A stretch of 64,000 nucleotides of DNA from assembly GCF_036384435.1 (NCBI RefSeq), contig NZ_DASVMI010000030.1:57946-121945 (forward strand). The letters run 5' to 3'. Numbering within the stretch: the first letter of the stretch is position 1; every line of letters begins with the position of its first letter. Shown piece by piece: positions 7,984 through 17,114 of the stretch. The notes beneath the pieces were generated by a model. It saw nothing but the letters and a program-made list of their open reading frames with translations. It had not been told where the DNA came from and did not search any database. The position numbers and the translations under genes were made by a program. This DNA is from Dyella sp. Its GTDB lineage: Bacteria; Pseudomonadota; Gammaproteobacteria; Xanthomonadales; Rhodanobacteraceae.

Positions 7984-8805
7984 TCAAATCAGCGCTGCGT
8001 CGACAATCCGTTCATTGTCGACCAACCAGCGCTCTTGAAAGGAGCGTCGTGCCGCCCAGCCGATCTCTCTGAGGTACCAACTGTTCACCGAGCCTCCTAC
8101 CACTGCTCCGATAGCAGGAATAGCTTGAAGTGCCTTTCGCTTCGTCAGGTTAACGCCAAGCTGCTTTGCCAGTGTTTTGATGGCGATCACCCCGGCCTCC
8201 TTGCTCAACCTGTCCGAGGCGGCTTTCTCGGCAATCTTCTTCCATGTGGTCTTGGCGATGGTTACCTGGATCATGCGCAAGGCGGTCAGCGCTGCCGTTT
8301 TCTCGGCCATTTCATTGGCGCTTGAAGCGGAAAGTACGCCCAGCATGAAATCCTTGTCATCCTTCGTTTTCGCTTCGTAGCCGTAGCAGGCACCGATCTT
8401 GTGGATCGTGCGCAAAGCCAGGACCAGTACTGCGGGAATATCTGCAGCAATACCAAAAATGCCAGCCGCGCCTGTGGCGGCGCCCTCCGCACCGGCAATA
8501 CCTATGGCCCAGTTGTGGACCTCATCAGCCAACTTGTCGGACCGCGCCAGATCAAGTGACTTAAGCTCTTCGAGGCTCGACACGCCCGCGTCGCGAAGGA
8601 TGTCCCCGGTATCCGTTAGCCAGTCTGCCGCGGAAGAGGACAGCTCCAGCAACCCTTGGATGGCCGATACCGGCACGATCTTGTTGATCAGCCAGGACAC
8701 TGGCGTCAATGCGATACCCACGGCCTGCGAGACGACAGAGGGCTCTTCCGCCTTCCAGGCTGTAATAGCGCTGAGTTGCTTCGTCTCATATTCCGTAAGA
8801 TTCAT
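7984..8805 (-). CDS. EcsC family protein
   Basis: AEGAATGAAGIFGIAADIPAVLVLALRTIHKIGACYGY...KALQAIPAIGAVVGGSVN motifs. Confidence 0.85.
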   Translation of the reverse strand: MNLTEYETKQLSAITAWKAEEPSVVSQAVGIALTPVSWLINKIVPVSAIQGLLELSSSAADWLTDTGDILRDAGVSSLEELKSLDLARSDKLADEVHNWAIGIAGAEGAATGAAGIFGIAADIPAVLVLALRTIHKIGACYGYEAKTKDDKDFMLGVLSASSANEMAEKTAALTALRMIQVTIAKTTWKKIAEKAASDRLSKEAGVIAIKTLAKQLGVNLTKRKALQAIPAIGAVVGGSVNSWYLREIGWAARRSFQERWLVDNERIVDAALI

Positions 8806-8989
8806 CTGAGTTCCTTTTGCATTGGAATGCCACGCTGCCTGCCAAGAGGCACGTATATTCGGAGGGTAGGTAATGAGGACGATATCGACCGTTATTTCTA
8901 CAACTTGAATGACGAGCCCAGGGGCATTCTACAGCGGTCTGCGGAGCGATGTGATTTTCTCGAAGAAGCCAGCCCTCACAGGCGTTCCC

Positions 8990-9350
8990 TTATTCTTCCC
9001 AGCTACACTGAAGAGCGGTGAGGGCCAGATATCGCTTCTTCTTTCTATCTTATGTTGGTCCGCCAAAAGAAACCTAGTAGATAAAATATAATCCAAGGCC
9101 AACAGCGGAGATCGGCCATCCGAGTATGACGGTTTTAACCCATATATCTTCCGCCAGGAAGTAAGCCAAGGCCTTCGGCCAATAAATATCGAACTAATTC
9201 TTGGCTTTCAGGATGCCAGGAACTGCGGTTAACGGTAGTGTCGCCACCAGCGTGATGAAGCCTTTTCGCGCGTAGTCATAGTACCCATATTGGGTACTTG
9301 CATAGTCCTGCGATGCCTTGACTAGCTTCGACGTCCCCCGATTTTGAGTA
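8990..9350 (-). pseudogene. Degenerate AT-rich fragment of a probable 2-TM membrane protein gene
   Basis: One frame reads KASQDYASTQYGYYDYARKGFITLVATLPLTAVPGILKAKN*FDIYWPKALAYFLAEDIWVKTVILGWPISAVGLGLYFIY*VSFGGPT*DRKKKRYL with in-frame stops. Confidence 0.35.
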
Positions 9351-9618
9351 GCGCGATCACCTGTACTTCGGCGCGACTCTCGACGATCAGCTTGCCCATT
9401 TCGGCGGTGATGATACGTGCCAGCTCTTCCGTGCGCGCGTCGATCAGGTCGGCGAGTTTACGCAACACCACCAAGCGCGGCTGGATCGGGCCCTTGGACC
9501 ACTGCGATTTGTAGAGCTTATGCGCGGCGGCCAGCGCCTCTTCGACCTGTTGATCCGAATAGCTGGGCCAGGTTTTGACCAGTTCGCCGGTGGTGGGATT
9601 GAAGATTTGATATGCCAT
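9351..9618 (-). pseudogene. Truncated NAD-dependent succinate-semialdehyde/aldehyde dehydrogenase (first ~90 aa only)
   Basis: MAYQIFNPTTGELVKTWP...LARIITAEMGKLIVESRAEVQVIA, then unrelated sequence and a stop at 9322. Confidence 0.85.
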
Positions 9619-9803
9619 GAAATTCTCCAGATATGCCCGTGAGGGTGCCCGGAGCGCGCCGCACCCGCGACGCACTCATTGGCTTGCAAGGAGCTCCTTG
9701 CGGAGCGCTACGTGCTGGTAAGGCGATTTGGTAGCGGCGGTGTTTGAGCACGCATTGCCTCGTCCGTGGCGAACAATTTAGGCGCCACCCACCGCGACCT
9801 TAA

Positions 9804-9912
9804 TGACGTATATGCCAAGATTTACGCCGTCACGCGGCGCCAAATCCATTCGGGAAATGCTTGATTTTTTTGCAGTACGTCTCATTTAATCCATATTCAA
9901 TGATTTAGGACA
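9804..9912 (-). promoter_or_regulatory. Two copies of a 26-bp box (9804-9829, 9887-9912), putative GlxA-type regulator sites
   Basis: Minus strand CGGCGTAAATCTTGGCATATACGTCA and TGTCCTAAATCATTGAATATGGATTA; related copies at 10925-10950 and 14761-14786. Confidence 0.55.
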
Positions 9913-9930
9913 CTCCGTTCGGAGAAGATC

Positions 9931-10878
9931 ATGCACACCGTCGGCCTCCTCGTTTATCCCAATTTCCAGGCGCTTGGCCTCGTCGTCGGCACGGTGTTCG
10001 AGTACGCGAACCTGATGCACGACACGCCGGCCTATGACTTCAAACTGATCTCCGAGGAAGGCGGTGCGGTGATGTCGTCGCAAGGCTTCTCGGTCAACAC
10101 CGTGCCGATCAACAAGGTGGGCTACGACACGCTGATAGTCACCGGAGACAACGAATGCCGGATGCCACCGGCAAGTTTGCTCGACTACGTCAGGAACGCA
10201 CCCCAGCATTCGCGCCGCATCGCTTCGGTCTGCACCGGCGCCTTCGTGCTTGCCGAAGCAGGCTTGCTGGATGGCAAGCGCGCGACCACGCACTGGTTCC
10301 ACGCGCGCGATTTCCAGAAGCGCTATCCGAACGTGCAGTTGGAAGAAGACCGCATCTTCGTCATCGATGGACAGGTGTGGACGTCGGCTGGCATGAGCGC
10401 CGGCCTGGATCTCGCCCTTGCCGTTATCGAGAAAGATCTCGGCGTGGAAGTCGCGCGCATGGTCGCGCGCAAGCTGGTGGTGTATCAGAGGCGCGGGGGC
10501 GGTCAATCGCAGTTTTCCGCGCTGCTTGAACTCAATGCCAAATCCGATCGCGTGCAGTTGGCGCTGGCGTATGCGAAAGAAAATCTCGGTAGCGAACTGT
10601 CGGTGGAAACACTCGCCGAAGCAGCACGCTTGAGCGCGCGCCAGTTCAGCCGCGTGTTCCGCGAGGAAACCGGGCAATCGCCGGCCAAAGCCATCGAACG
10701 CCTGCGCGTGGAAGCGGCCAGGATGATGATGGAAACCAGCCGGCTGCCGATCGAAGTGATTGCGCGCGAGACCGGCTTTGGCGACCGCGAGCGGATGCGG
10801 CAAGCCTTCTTGCGTGCGTTCGGGCAACCGCCACAGGCCATTCAGCGCGCGTCAGCGGCGGCGGAATTGGCCATCTGA
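9931..10878 (+). CDS. GlxA-family transcriptional regulator (DJ-1/PfpI sensor plus AraC HTH)
   Basis: IASVCTGAFVLAEAGLLDGKRATTHW; WTSAGMSAGLDLAL; C-terminal AraC HTH. Confidence 0.95.
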   Translation: MHTVGLLVYPNFQALGLVVGTVFEYANLMHDTPAYDFKLISEEGGAVMSSQGFSVNTVPINKVGYDTLIVTGDNECRMPPASLLDYVRNAPQHSRRIASVCTGAFVLAEAGLLDGKRATTHWFHARDFQKRYPNVQLEEDRIFVIDGQVWTSAGMSAGLDLALAVIEKDLGVEVARMVARKLVVYQRRGGGQSQFSALLELNAKSDRVQLALAYAKENLGSELSVETLAEAARLSARQFSRVFREETGQSPAKAIERLRVEAARMMMETSRLPIEVIARETGFGDRERMRQAFLRAFGQPPQAIQRASAAAELAI

Positions 10879-11023
10879 ACGACTGTCGCCGATTGCCGTG
10901 CGCTGCTGACGCGCACGCTCGCATGGCCTGAAAACCCTGCCTATCCGACATGGATCGTGCGCGCGCGGCTCTCTACGATCTCTCCATGTGCTGGCCATCC
11001 GCCAGCTAACTTTGGAGATCATC

Positions 11024-11824
11024 ATGAGCACAGAAAATCTGGGCACTGCCCTCGTCACCGGCGCTTCGACTGGCATCGGCGCGCGTTACGCGCAACGACT
11101 GGCCGAGCGCGGCTATGACGTCATCCTGGTGGCGCGCAATCGCCAACGCATGAATGCGTTGGCATCCCGCCTCACCAACGAAACGGGCCGCAATTTCGAA
11201 GTGTTGGAAGCAGATCTCGTTGTTCCTGCTGACTTGCGCATGGTCGAAGAGATTCTGCGCACGGATTCGAGCATCACCATGCTGGTGAACAACGCCGGCG
11301 TCGGCGCGATCACGCCATTGGTAGATTCCGATGTCGACGACATGGAAAGCATGATCGATATCAACATCACCGCCCTGGTGCGACTCACCATGGCCGCCGT
11401 GCCGGCCTTCTTGAAGCGCGGCGCAGGCACGATCGTGCAGGTCGGTTCGGTGGTCGGCATCAAGGCCGAATGGCTGAACGGCGTCTACAGCGCATCTAAG
11501 GCCTTTGTGCTGGCCTACGCCCAATCGCTGCGCAACGAACTGTCGGCAAAGGGCATCCGCATCCAGGCGGTGCTGCCGGCCACCACGCGTACGGAGTTCT
11601 GGGATCGCGCTGGCAAGGCGTCGGATTCGCTTGCCGATGCGACCACGATGACGCCCGACGATGTCGTGCGCGCCGCGCTGGTAGGGTTGGATCAAGGCGA
11701 GTTTGTCACCATTCCGGCGCTGGAAGATGCTTCGCTCTACCAGGCTTACGACGATGCACGTAATGCGATGGCACCGGGTTTCGCCAATGGCAAACCTGCT
11801 TCGCGCTTCGCCATTCCCGACTGA
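11024..11824 (+). CDS. SDR oxidoreductase
   Basis: TGASTGIG, NNAG, YSASK motifs. Confidence 0.92.
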   Translation: MSTENLGTALVTGASTGIGARYAQRLAERGYDVILVARNRQRMNALASRLTNETGRNFEVLEADLVVPADLRMVEEILRTDSSITMLVNNAGVGAITPLVDSDVDDMESMIDINITALVRLTMAAVPAFLKRGAGTIVQVGSVVGIKAEWLNGVYSASKAFVLAYAQSLRNELSAKGIRIQAVLPATTRTEFWDRAGKASDSLADATTMTPDDVVRAALVGLDQGEFVTIPALEDASLYQAYDDARNAMAPGFANGKPASRFAIPD

Positions 11825-11905
11825 TCGCCAAGGCAGGCCGTACGTCCGATCCGGTATCGAGACCATCCGACACCGGATCGGCGTCAATAGTTATCGATAA
11901 CCTGC

Positions 11906-11934
11906 AAGGGTGGCGAAGCTCGCGACCCTTTTTT
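11906..11934 (+). terminator. Probable intrinsic terminator after the SDR gene
   Basis: AAGGGT-G-GCGA-AGC-TCGC-G-ACCCTT followed by a T-tract. Confidence 0.5.
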
Positions 11935-11964
11935 GTTTTGCCCCAAAACCCGAGGTTTTGCGTC

Positions 11965-12423
11965 ATGCCAACCTACGTTTGTTCGGTTCCTCCCCAGCGT
12001 TTGACGAAGGAACAAAAAACGGAAATCGCCACGGCCATCGGCCGCCGCCACAGCGACGCGACCGGCGCGCCGGCTTTTTTCGTGCAGGTGGACATCGATG
12101 AAAGCCCTACCAAGCTGCGCTTCCTGGGCGGAACGCTCAGCGACGCACACATTTGGATTCGCGGCGACATTCGCGCTGGCCGCACGGATGCGGTGCGCCA
12201 GACGTTGATGCTGAACATCATGAAAGACGTAAGCGCGATCACTGGCGTCAAGGAGCAGGATATCTGGATCTACCTTTGCAACCTCGTGCCCACCGATATG
12301 GTCGAGTTCGGCCGCGTGCTTCCTGTACCAGGCGAAGAACAGGCGTGGTTCGAAAGTCTCCCTGCCCACTTGCAGGCCTACATGCTCAGCCTGGGCACCA
12401 CCGGAAAAACATTCAAGCTTTGA
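11965..12423 (+). CDS. cis-CaaD-like tautomerase-superfamily enzyme
   Basis: After Met removal: Pro1, His28, Arg69, Arg72, Tyr102, Glu113, matching the cis-3-chloroacrylic acid dehalogenase catalytic set. Confidence 0.85.
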   Translation: MPTYVCSVPPQRLTKEQKTEIATAIGRRHSDATGAPAFFVQVDIDESPTKLRFLGGTLSDAHIWIRGDIRAGRTDAVRQTLMLNIMKDVSAITGVKEQDIWIYLCNLVPTDMVEFGRVLPVPGEEQAWFESLPAHLQAYMLSLGTTGKTFKL

Positions 12424-12431
12424 GAGGTTTC

Positions 12432-12827
12432 ATGCCGTACTTGCAACTCGATGTAACCGGCCATTATCCGGCACCGCTGAAGCAGTCACTGGCCGCGACG
12501 ATGAGCGAAACCTATGCACGCCTGATGTCGGTGGATATCCGGCGCATCAGCGTCGCCATCCGCGAACTTGGCGAAGGTGGCGTGTGGCGAATCCCCGAAG
12601 CCGGCGCCGAACCGATTCCCGTCTCGGTGATGATGCTCGACATTCGATCCGGACGCCCGCCCGAACTGAGGATGGAAGTGGCGAGAGCACTATGCGCGCA
12701 CTGCATCGACATCCTTGGCCTTGAAGAGCATCGACTAAACGTCGAATTCACGCAGCACTCCGGCGATGAGATGTATCACCCTGCCTTGGGTGGCTACAGT
12801 CCGGACTGGACACCCGGCGAGCACTGA
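12432..12827 (+). CDS. Second tautomerase-superfamily protein (fused beta-alpha-beta, Pro1)
   Basis: MPYLQLDV...MMLDIRSGRPPELR; AGAGG RBS 8 nt after the previous stop. Confidence 0.8.
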   Translation: MPYLQLDVTGHYPAPLKQSLAATMSETYARLMSVDIRRISVAIRELGEGGVWRIPEAGAEPIPVSVMMLDIRSGRPPELRMEVARALCAHCIDILGLEEHRLNVEFTQHSGDEMYHPALGGYSPDWTPGEH

Positions 12828-12900
12828 CGTTGGCAACATCCAAAGCGTGTTGGCTCACGTCGCTCACACGCTTTGATTGCTCGCCGTGGAATCGCACATT

Positions 12901-12929
12901 AAAAAGCCAGGGGTTTCCGCCGGCTTTTT
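12901..12929. terminator. Bidirectional intrinsic terminator
   Basis: AAAAAGCC...GGCTTTTT between convergent genes. Confidence 0.6.
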
Positions 12930-12954
12930 GTTTGGCAAAGTTTGTTGCTGCAGC

Positions 12955-13824
12955 TTAGCGCTTGATCGCCTTGTTTAACTGCGCCACCAGCGTGTCGCCG
13001 AACGCCGGGGCCGACATCGGCTGCTGGCCAGTGATCAGCTCGCGGTCCACGACAACGTTGCTGTGCCAGTTGGCCACCGAATCCACGTGCGCACCCGCTT
13101 CGGCCAACGCGTTCACCGGGTAGAACTGCACGTTGCCGCCCAGGCCGTTCGGGCCTTCTAGCTGCTGTTCTTCGCCAGTGGAGAACACCGTCACGCGATA
13201 GCCGGCATACGGCCAGTCTTTGGCCAGCGAATTGGCCTTGCCATCGTTGGCGATCAGCGAAGCGATAAACGCGTTCGGATCATTCAGCGCCGACAACAGC
13301 ACGATTGGGCCATGGCAGATGATGCCGGTCGGGCGACCCGTTTCATGGAAGCTGACCAGGATCTTGCCGAGGTTCTTGTCCTTCAGCAGATCGACCATCG
13401 GCGCGTGGCCGCCCGGGATGAACAGGCCAACGTAACCCTGCGTACCTTCGGCAACCACCGATGCCAGCGTCTTGGGGCGCTTGAGCTGCTCGATACCCTG
13501 GGCATACTTCAGCGCATCGGCGCGGGCCGCGTCGTCGCCGCCGAAAAACATCTTGTTGTTCGAGTTGGCATCCATCACCGGCTGGTCGCCATTCGGGTTG
13601 GCGATAACCGGCTCGTACCCGGCTTCGATCAACTTGCGGTACGGCACGACGAATTCGTTGAGATAGTAGCCGGTGCTGTACTTCTTGCCTTCGCGCAGAT
13701 CCAACTCGTGGGCGCTTGACATGACGACGAGCACTTTGCCGCGCGACTGGGCGGATACGGTGGGCGGAACGACGATGGCGGTGGCCATGGCCAGTACGGC
13801 GGCGCTGAGTTTCATGATGTTCAT
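12955..13824 (-). CDS. Exported DJ-1/PfpI (class I glutamine amidotransferase-like, glyoxalase III-like) protein
   Basis: Signal peptide; GYYLNE, IPGGHAPM, IICHGP (nucleophilic Cys), ITGQQP. Confidence 0.9.
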   Translation of the reverse strand: MNIMKLSAAVLAMATAIVVPPTVSAQSRGKVLVVMSSAHELDLREGKKYSTGYYLNEFVVPYRKLIEAGYEPVIANPNGDQPVMDANSNNKMFFGGDDAARADALKYAQGIEQLKRPKTLASVVAEGTQGYVGLFIPGGHAPMVDLLKDKNLGKILVSFHETGRPTGIICHGPIVLLSALNDPNAFIASLIANDGKANSLAKDWPYAGYRVTVFSTGEEQQLEGPNGLGGNVQFYPVNALAEAGAHVDSVANWHSNVVVDRELITGQQPMSAPAFGDTLVAQLNKAIKR

Positions 13825-13871
13825 GGTAATTTCTCTCTTTGGTTTGAATGGCTAAATGATGGGTGGGCGAT

Positions 13872-14681
13872 TTACACCCGAGCTTGGGTGGGTAGTACGT
13901 AACGCGGAGCGGGCTTTGCGTTGACGAGCTTTGCGGATAGATCCAGACGGCCAGCTTCCCAGCGGGACCAGTCGTCGTTGTCGTGAAGCGCGGGAATGGT
14001 GATCAGCTCGCCCTGGTCGAGGCCGGCCAGCGCGGCATCGACCAGGTCTTCGGTCGACATGGTGGAAGCGGCTTGTTTCTGCGACGCGTAGCCGGCGACG
14101 TCCCAGAATTCCGTGGCGGTGGCGGCCGGCAATACGGTCTGGATGCGTACGCCCTTGTCGGCGAGATCTTGATGCAGGCGATGGCCGAAGCTCAGCACGT
14201 AGGATTTCGACGCGCTGTAAACGCCGTTCAACTTCTCTGCCGCAATGGCCACAGCCGAGCTGATGTTGACGATGGTGCCTGCGCCACGTGCAACGAATGC
14301 AGGGGCTGCTGCATACGTAAGGCGCGTCAACGCAGTGATGTTGAGCGAGATCATCGCTTCCATCTCATCGGCATTGCTGTCGAGCACCGATGCCACCGAA
14401 CCGATACCCGCGTTGTTCACCAGCATGGTGATGTTGCGGTCGGTGCGCAGAATGGCCTCGATCCTGGCCAGCGCGGCCTTGTCGTTGAGGTCGGCGGGAA
14501 TCGCCAGCACCGTGCGGCCCGTTTCGGCGGTGATCTGGCGGTCCAGGGTATTAAGCCGCTGCTCGTTGCGGGCGACCAGGATCAGGTCGTAACCGCGCCT
14601 GGCGAGGCGATCGGCATACACAGCGCCGATCCCGGTGGAAGCGCCGGTAACCAGCGCAGTACCTTTCGTGGAGTGAGTCAT
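13872..14681 (-). CDS. SDR oxidoreductase (paralogue of 11024-11824)
   Basis: TGASTGIG, NNAG, YSASK. Confidence 0.92.
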   Translation of the reverse strand: MTHSTKGTALVTGASTGIGAVYADRLARRGYDLILVARNEQRLNTLDRQITAETGRTVLAIPADLNDKAALARIEAILRTDRNITMLVNNAGIGSVASVLDSNADEMEAMISLNITALTRLTYAAAPAFVARGAGTIVNISSAVAIAAEKLNGVYSASKSYVLSFGHRLHQDLADKGVRIQTVLPAATATEFWDVAGYASQKQAASTMSTEDLVDAALAGLDQGELITIPALHDNDDWSRWEAGRLDLSAKLVNAKPAPRYVLPTQARV

Positions 14682-14760
14682 GTCGTTTCTCTCTTCAGTT
14701 TGGCCCGACAGGGCGTCGGTGCTTGAGCTGAATTCTGAGAACGGCGGGCAATATCCTCAA

Positions 14761-14786
14761 TGTCGCATATGCAATGATTTAGGACA
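14761..14786 (-). promoter_or_regulatory. 26-bp box TGTCCTAAATCATTGCATATGCGACA, putative GlxA-type site
   Basis: 14766-14786 matches 9892-9912 at 20/21 nt; upstream of the SDR/DJ-1 operon. Confidence 0.6.
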
Positions 14787-15028
14787 TGACGGAGTTCGAG
14801 GGTTAGCGGTGTGCCCGGCCATCATCCGACCCGGTGCCCCGCACTGTGCGCATATCACTGCCGCGGCAGATCACACCCGGCAGCCAATCGCGAACCGCGC
14901 TCGAACGCACGCAGACGCGGCGGCGACGGTATGGAAAGCCAATCCAAGCACGCCTCGGCAAAACACTACTGACACATCCAGACACACGTGCGACCTACGC
15001 TGGCTCCGTTCCCAAGGAGCCATAAACC

Positions 15029-15400
15029 ATGCAGCAGATATCCATCGAGGCGTTGCCCGACGTTGTACGCAGTCATGTCGAAGCCATCAACCAGCGTCAT
15101 CTCGACGCACTCATGGCAACGCTTGCACCCGATGCGCTCATTAATGACGCCAAGCGGGAATTCCTTGGCCATGCCGCGATTCGCGCCTGGGCACGCGAAG
15201 AAATCATCGGTGCCAGCGTCACGTTGGGCATCGAGAAGGCTTATGCGCAATCGGGCAACGCGATCGCTCGTTTTCGCGTGGATGGCGATTTCGACAAGTC
15301 GAAACTGCCGGATCCATTCGTGCTGACCTACTACTTTACGATCCGCAGCGACCTGATCACTCAGTTGATCATCGTGCACAACGGCAAGAACGCATCGTAA
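15029..15400 (+). CDS. NTF2/SnoaL-like protein
   Basis: VVRSHVEAINQRHLDALMATLAPDALIND...GHAAIRAW...VDGDFDKS.LPDP. Confidence 0.85.
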   Translation: MQQISIEALPDVVRSHVEAINQRHLDALMATLAPDALINDAKREFLGHAAIRAWAREEIIGASVTLGIEKAYAQSGNAIARFRVDGDFDKSKLPDPFVLTYYFTIRSDLITQLIIVHNGKNAS

Positions 15401-15504
15401 TGGCGAATCAGAAACGAGCCCCAAGAGCGCACTGACCGGACAGGAGCGGCAACGTTCCCGTGGCCGCTCCCGCTAGGCGAAAGATCGCAGGCGTTTCAAG
15501 GCGC

Positions 15505-15690
15505 GGCCATGGACAGCTCAACACTGCGGATCGGCACGCTCGCCAGTCCTTGCGGCAACAACATCCGCGCAGTCGCGATGAGGTTCAGATACTCGCGCCG
15601 CAGTTTGATCTTGCCGTTTTCCATCACCAGCTTGGTGACGTCATCCTGCACGTACAGGCGATGCTGCAAGGTCGAAAGCGTGTTTTCGCC
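15505..15690 (-). pseudogene. C-terminal remnant of an NTF2-like gene
   Basis: ...*RGENTLSTLQHRLYVQDDVTKLVMENGKIKLRREYLNLIATARML; no start codon. Confidence 0.35.
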
Positions 15691-15736
15691 GCGTCAGGGC
15701 GGCGGAATCTCGCGCCATTGCCTCGCATGCAAGCAG

Positions 15737-16411
15737 TCACATCGATTCCTTGATGCCACGACGCATTAGCACGGCATTCACTGGATAGCTGGTGAAAAAA
15801 CCCGCGACCATTGCCCACTGCATGGCAAACCAGAATTCGACATGCCCAGCCGAGGACGGTCCACCGAGAACGCGCGGATAAAGCCAAAGCTGCACTATGG
15901 CCATCGCCCCAAACATGCCTCCCTGCCAGGCGAGCAGAGAAGCGATATCGGCGCGAAGCGCTGCCTTGAAGCCATCCCACGGCGAAAGATGCCGCATTGG
16001 AACAATGGCGAAATACTGGAAAGCGATGCCGAAGCCGAAGGCGAGTAAGGTGTCGAGAATCCAGGTGGCGAAGAGCTTCCCGTCGAACAGCCAGTGCCAG
16101 CCGAAGGCAACTGCCACACCAGGAGCACCGAGCACGAGATATTCGGCCAGTACGTCGCCAAGCGTGCACCCGCTTCCGCAATGCAACGTTCCCTTGGCCA
16201 CGCTTGCCCAACGTGGCTGCTTCTCCGTAGTGCGGCCATATCGGACGAAGAACCACACGATCCAAACCGATCCGAAGAGAGCGCAGACTGGCCAGACAAC
16301 GTTCATCACCCGCATGCGTAAGGGGTGCCTGACGAGATAAATCGACAGGCCCAGGGCACTAAGGCCGCTGAGGGCGAGGCTTATCAGGCATAGAAGATGA
16401 AACGCAGCCAT
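15737..16411 (-). CDS. DUF4396 family membrane protein
   Basis: MRVMNVVWP, TLHCGSGCTLGD, FGIAFQYFAIVPMR, GFFTSYPVN..L...GIKE.M. Confidence 0.88.
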   Translation of the reverse strand: MAAFHLLCLISLALSGLSALGLSIYLVRHPLRMRVMNVVWPVCALFGSVWIVWFFVRYGRTTEKQPRWASVAKGTLHCGSGCTLGDVLAEYLVLGAPGVAVAFGWHWLFDGKLFATWILDTLLAFGFGIAFQYFAIVPMRHLSPWDGFKAALRADIASLLAWQGGMFGAMAIVQLWLYPRVLGGPSSAGHVEFWFAMQWAMVAGFFTSYPVNAVLMRRGIKESM

Positions 16412-16691
16412 GGCGACATTCTCGCGGCTGCCATGTGCAGGCGATGCAGAGTAGAGCAGCAAGCTGCGTTCACATCGATAACATGCGAAAACGACACTGA
16501 CGTCGCTGGTATGCGATTGTTAGGCCGGTCAAGGAAAAGCCGCTCAATTGATCGTGAGTATCAGTCATCTTCAGAGGCAACGCGCCAATTGAGTGGGTGG
16601 CATGTCGAGCGTGAACGTTGGTGGCAACGCCACCACGTGCTCATAGACGCTATGGCATTGCGCAGAGCGGCCCTATTCGCAGCGATCAAGA

Positions 16692-17114
16692 TCAGAGCGC
16701 TGATCGACGCCGATGAACGAATCCATGCACAAGCATGCCTGCGATCATGGCGCCTGCGAAGACGAGCGCGAAGGGCTGGCCCGTTCCAAGCAGTGCGATG
16801 GCAGGGCCTGGGCAGACCCCAGCCAATCCCCAACCCACACCGAATATCGCCGCGCCAGCGATCAGGTTCCGGTCGATCGTGCGGTGGGTTGGAACATGCA
16901 GCGACGCGGCAAGCAGGGGCTTTTCGCGGGCACGCATCCATCGGTAGGCCGCGGCGGAGGGGATCAGCGCGCCAACCATGACCAGCGCCAGGGCAGGGTC
17001 CCAAGTGCCAGTGACGTCGAGGAAGGCAAGCACGCGCGCCGGGTTGGCCATGTCGGAAACGAGCAGTCCGAATCCGAATAACGCGCCGCAGAGGAATGCA
17101 GCCAGCCGGATCAT
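16692..17114 (-). CDS. YeeE/YedE-family sulfur transporter subunit
   Basis: GLLVSDMANPARVLAFLDV..WDP; GWGLAGVCPGPA; ATGA overlap with upstream gene. Confidence 0.9.
   Translation of the reverse strand: MIRLAAFLCGALFGFGLLVSDMANPARVLAFLDVTGTWDPALALVMVGALIPSAAAYRWMRAREKPLLAASLHVPTHRTIDRNLIAGAAIFGVGWGLAGVCPGPAIALLGTGQPFALVFAGAMIAGMLVHGFVHRRRSAL

Noticed and set aside
3128-9350. Intact integrase, intI or prophage
   Set aside because: No tyrosine/serine recombinase motifs or phage structural genes found
12153-12431. N-terminal extension of the 224-aa ORF
   Set aside because: Overlaps the cis-CaaD-like gene; real start is ATG 12432, which has an RBS and yields Pro1
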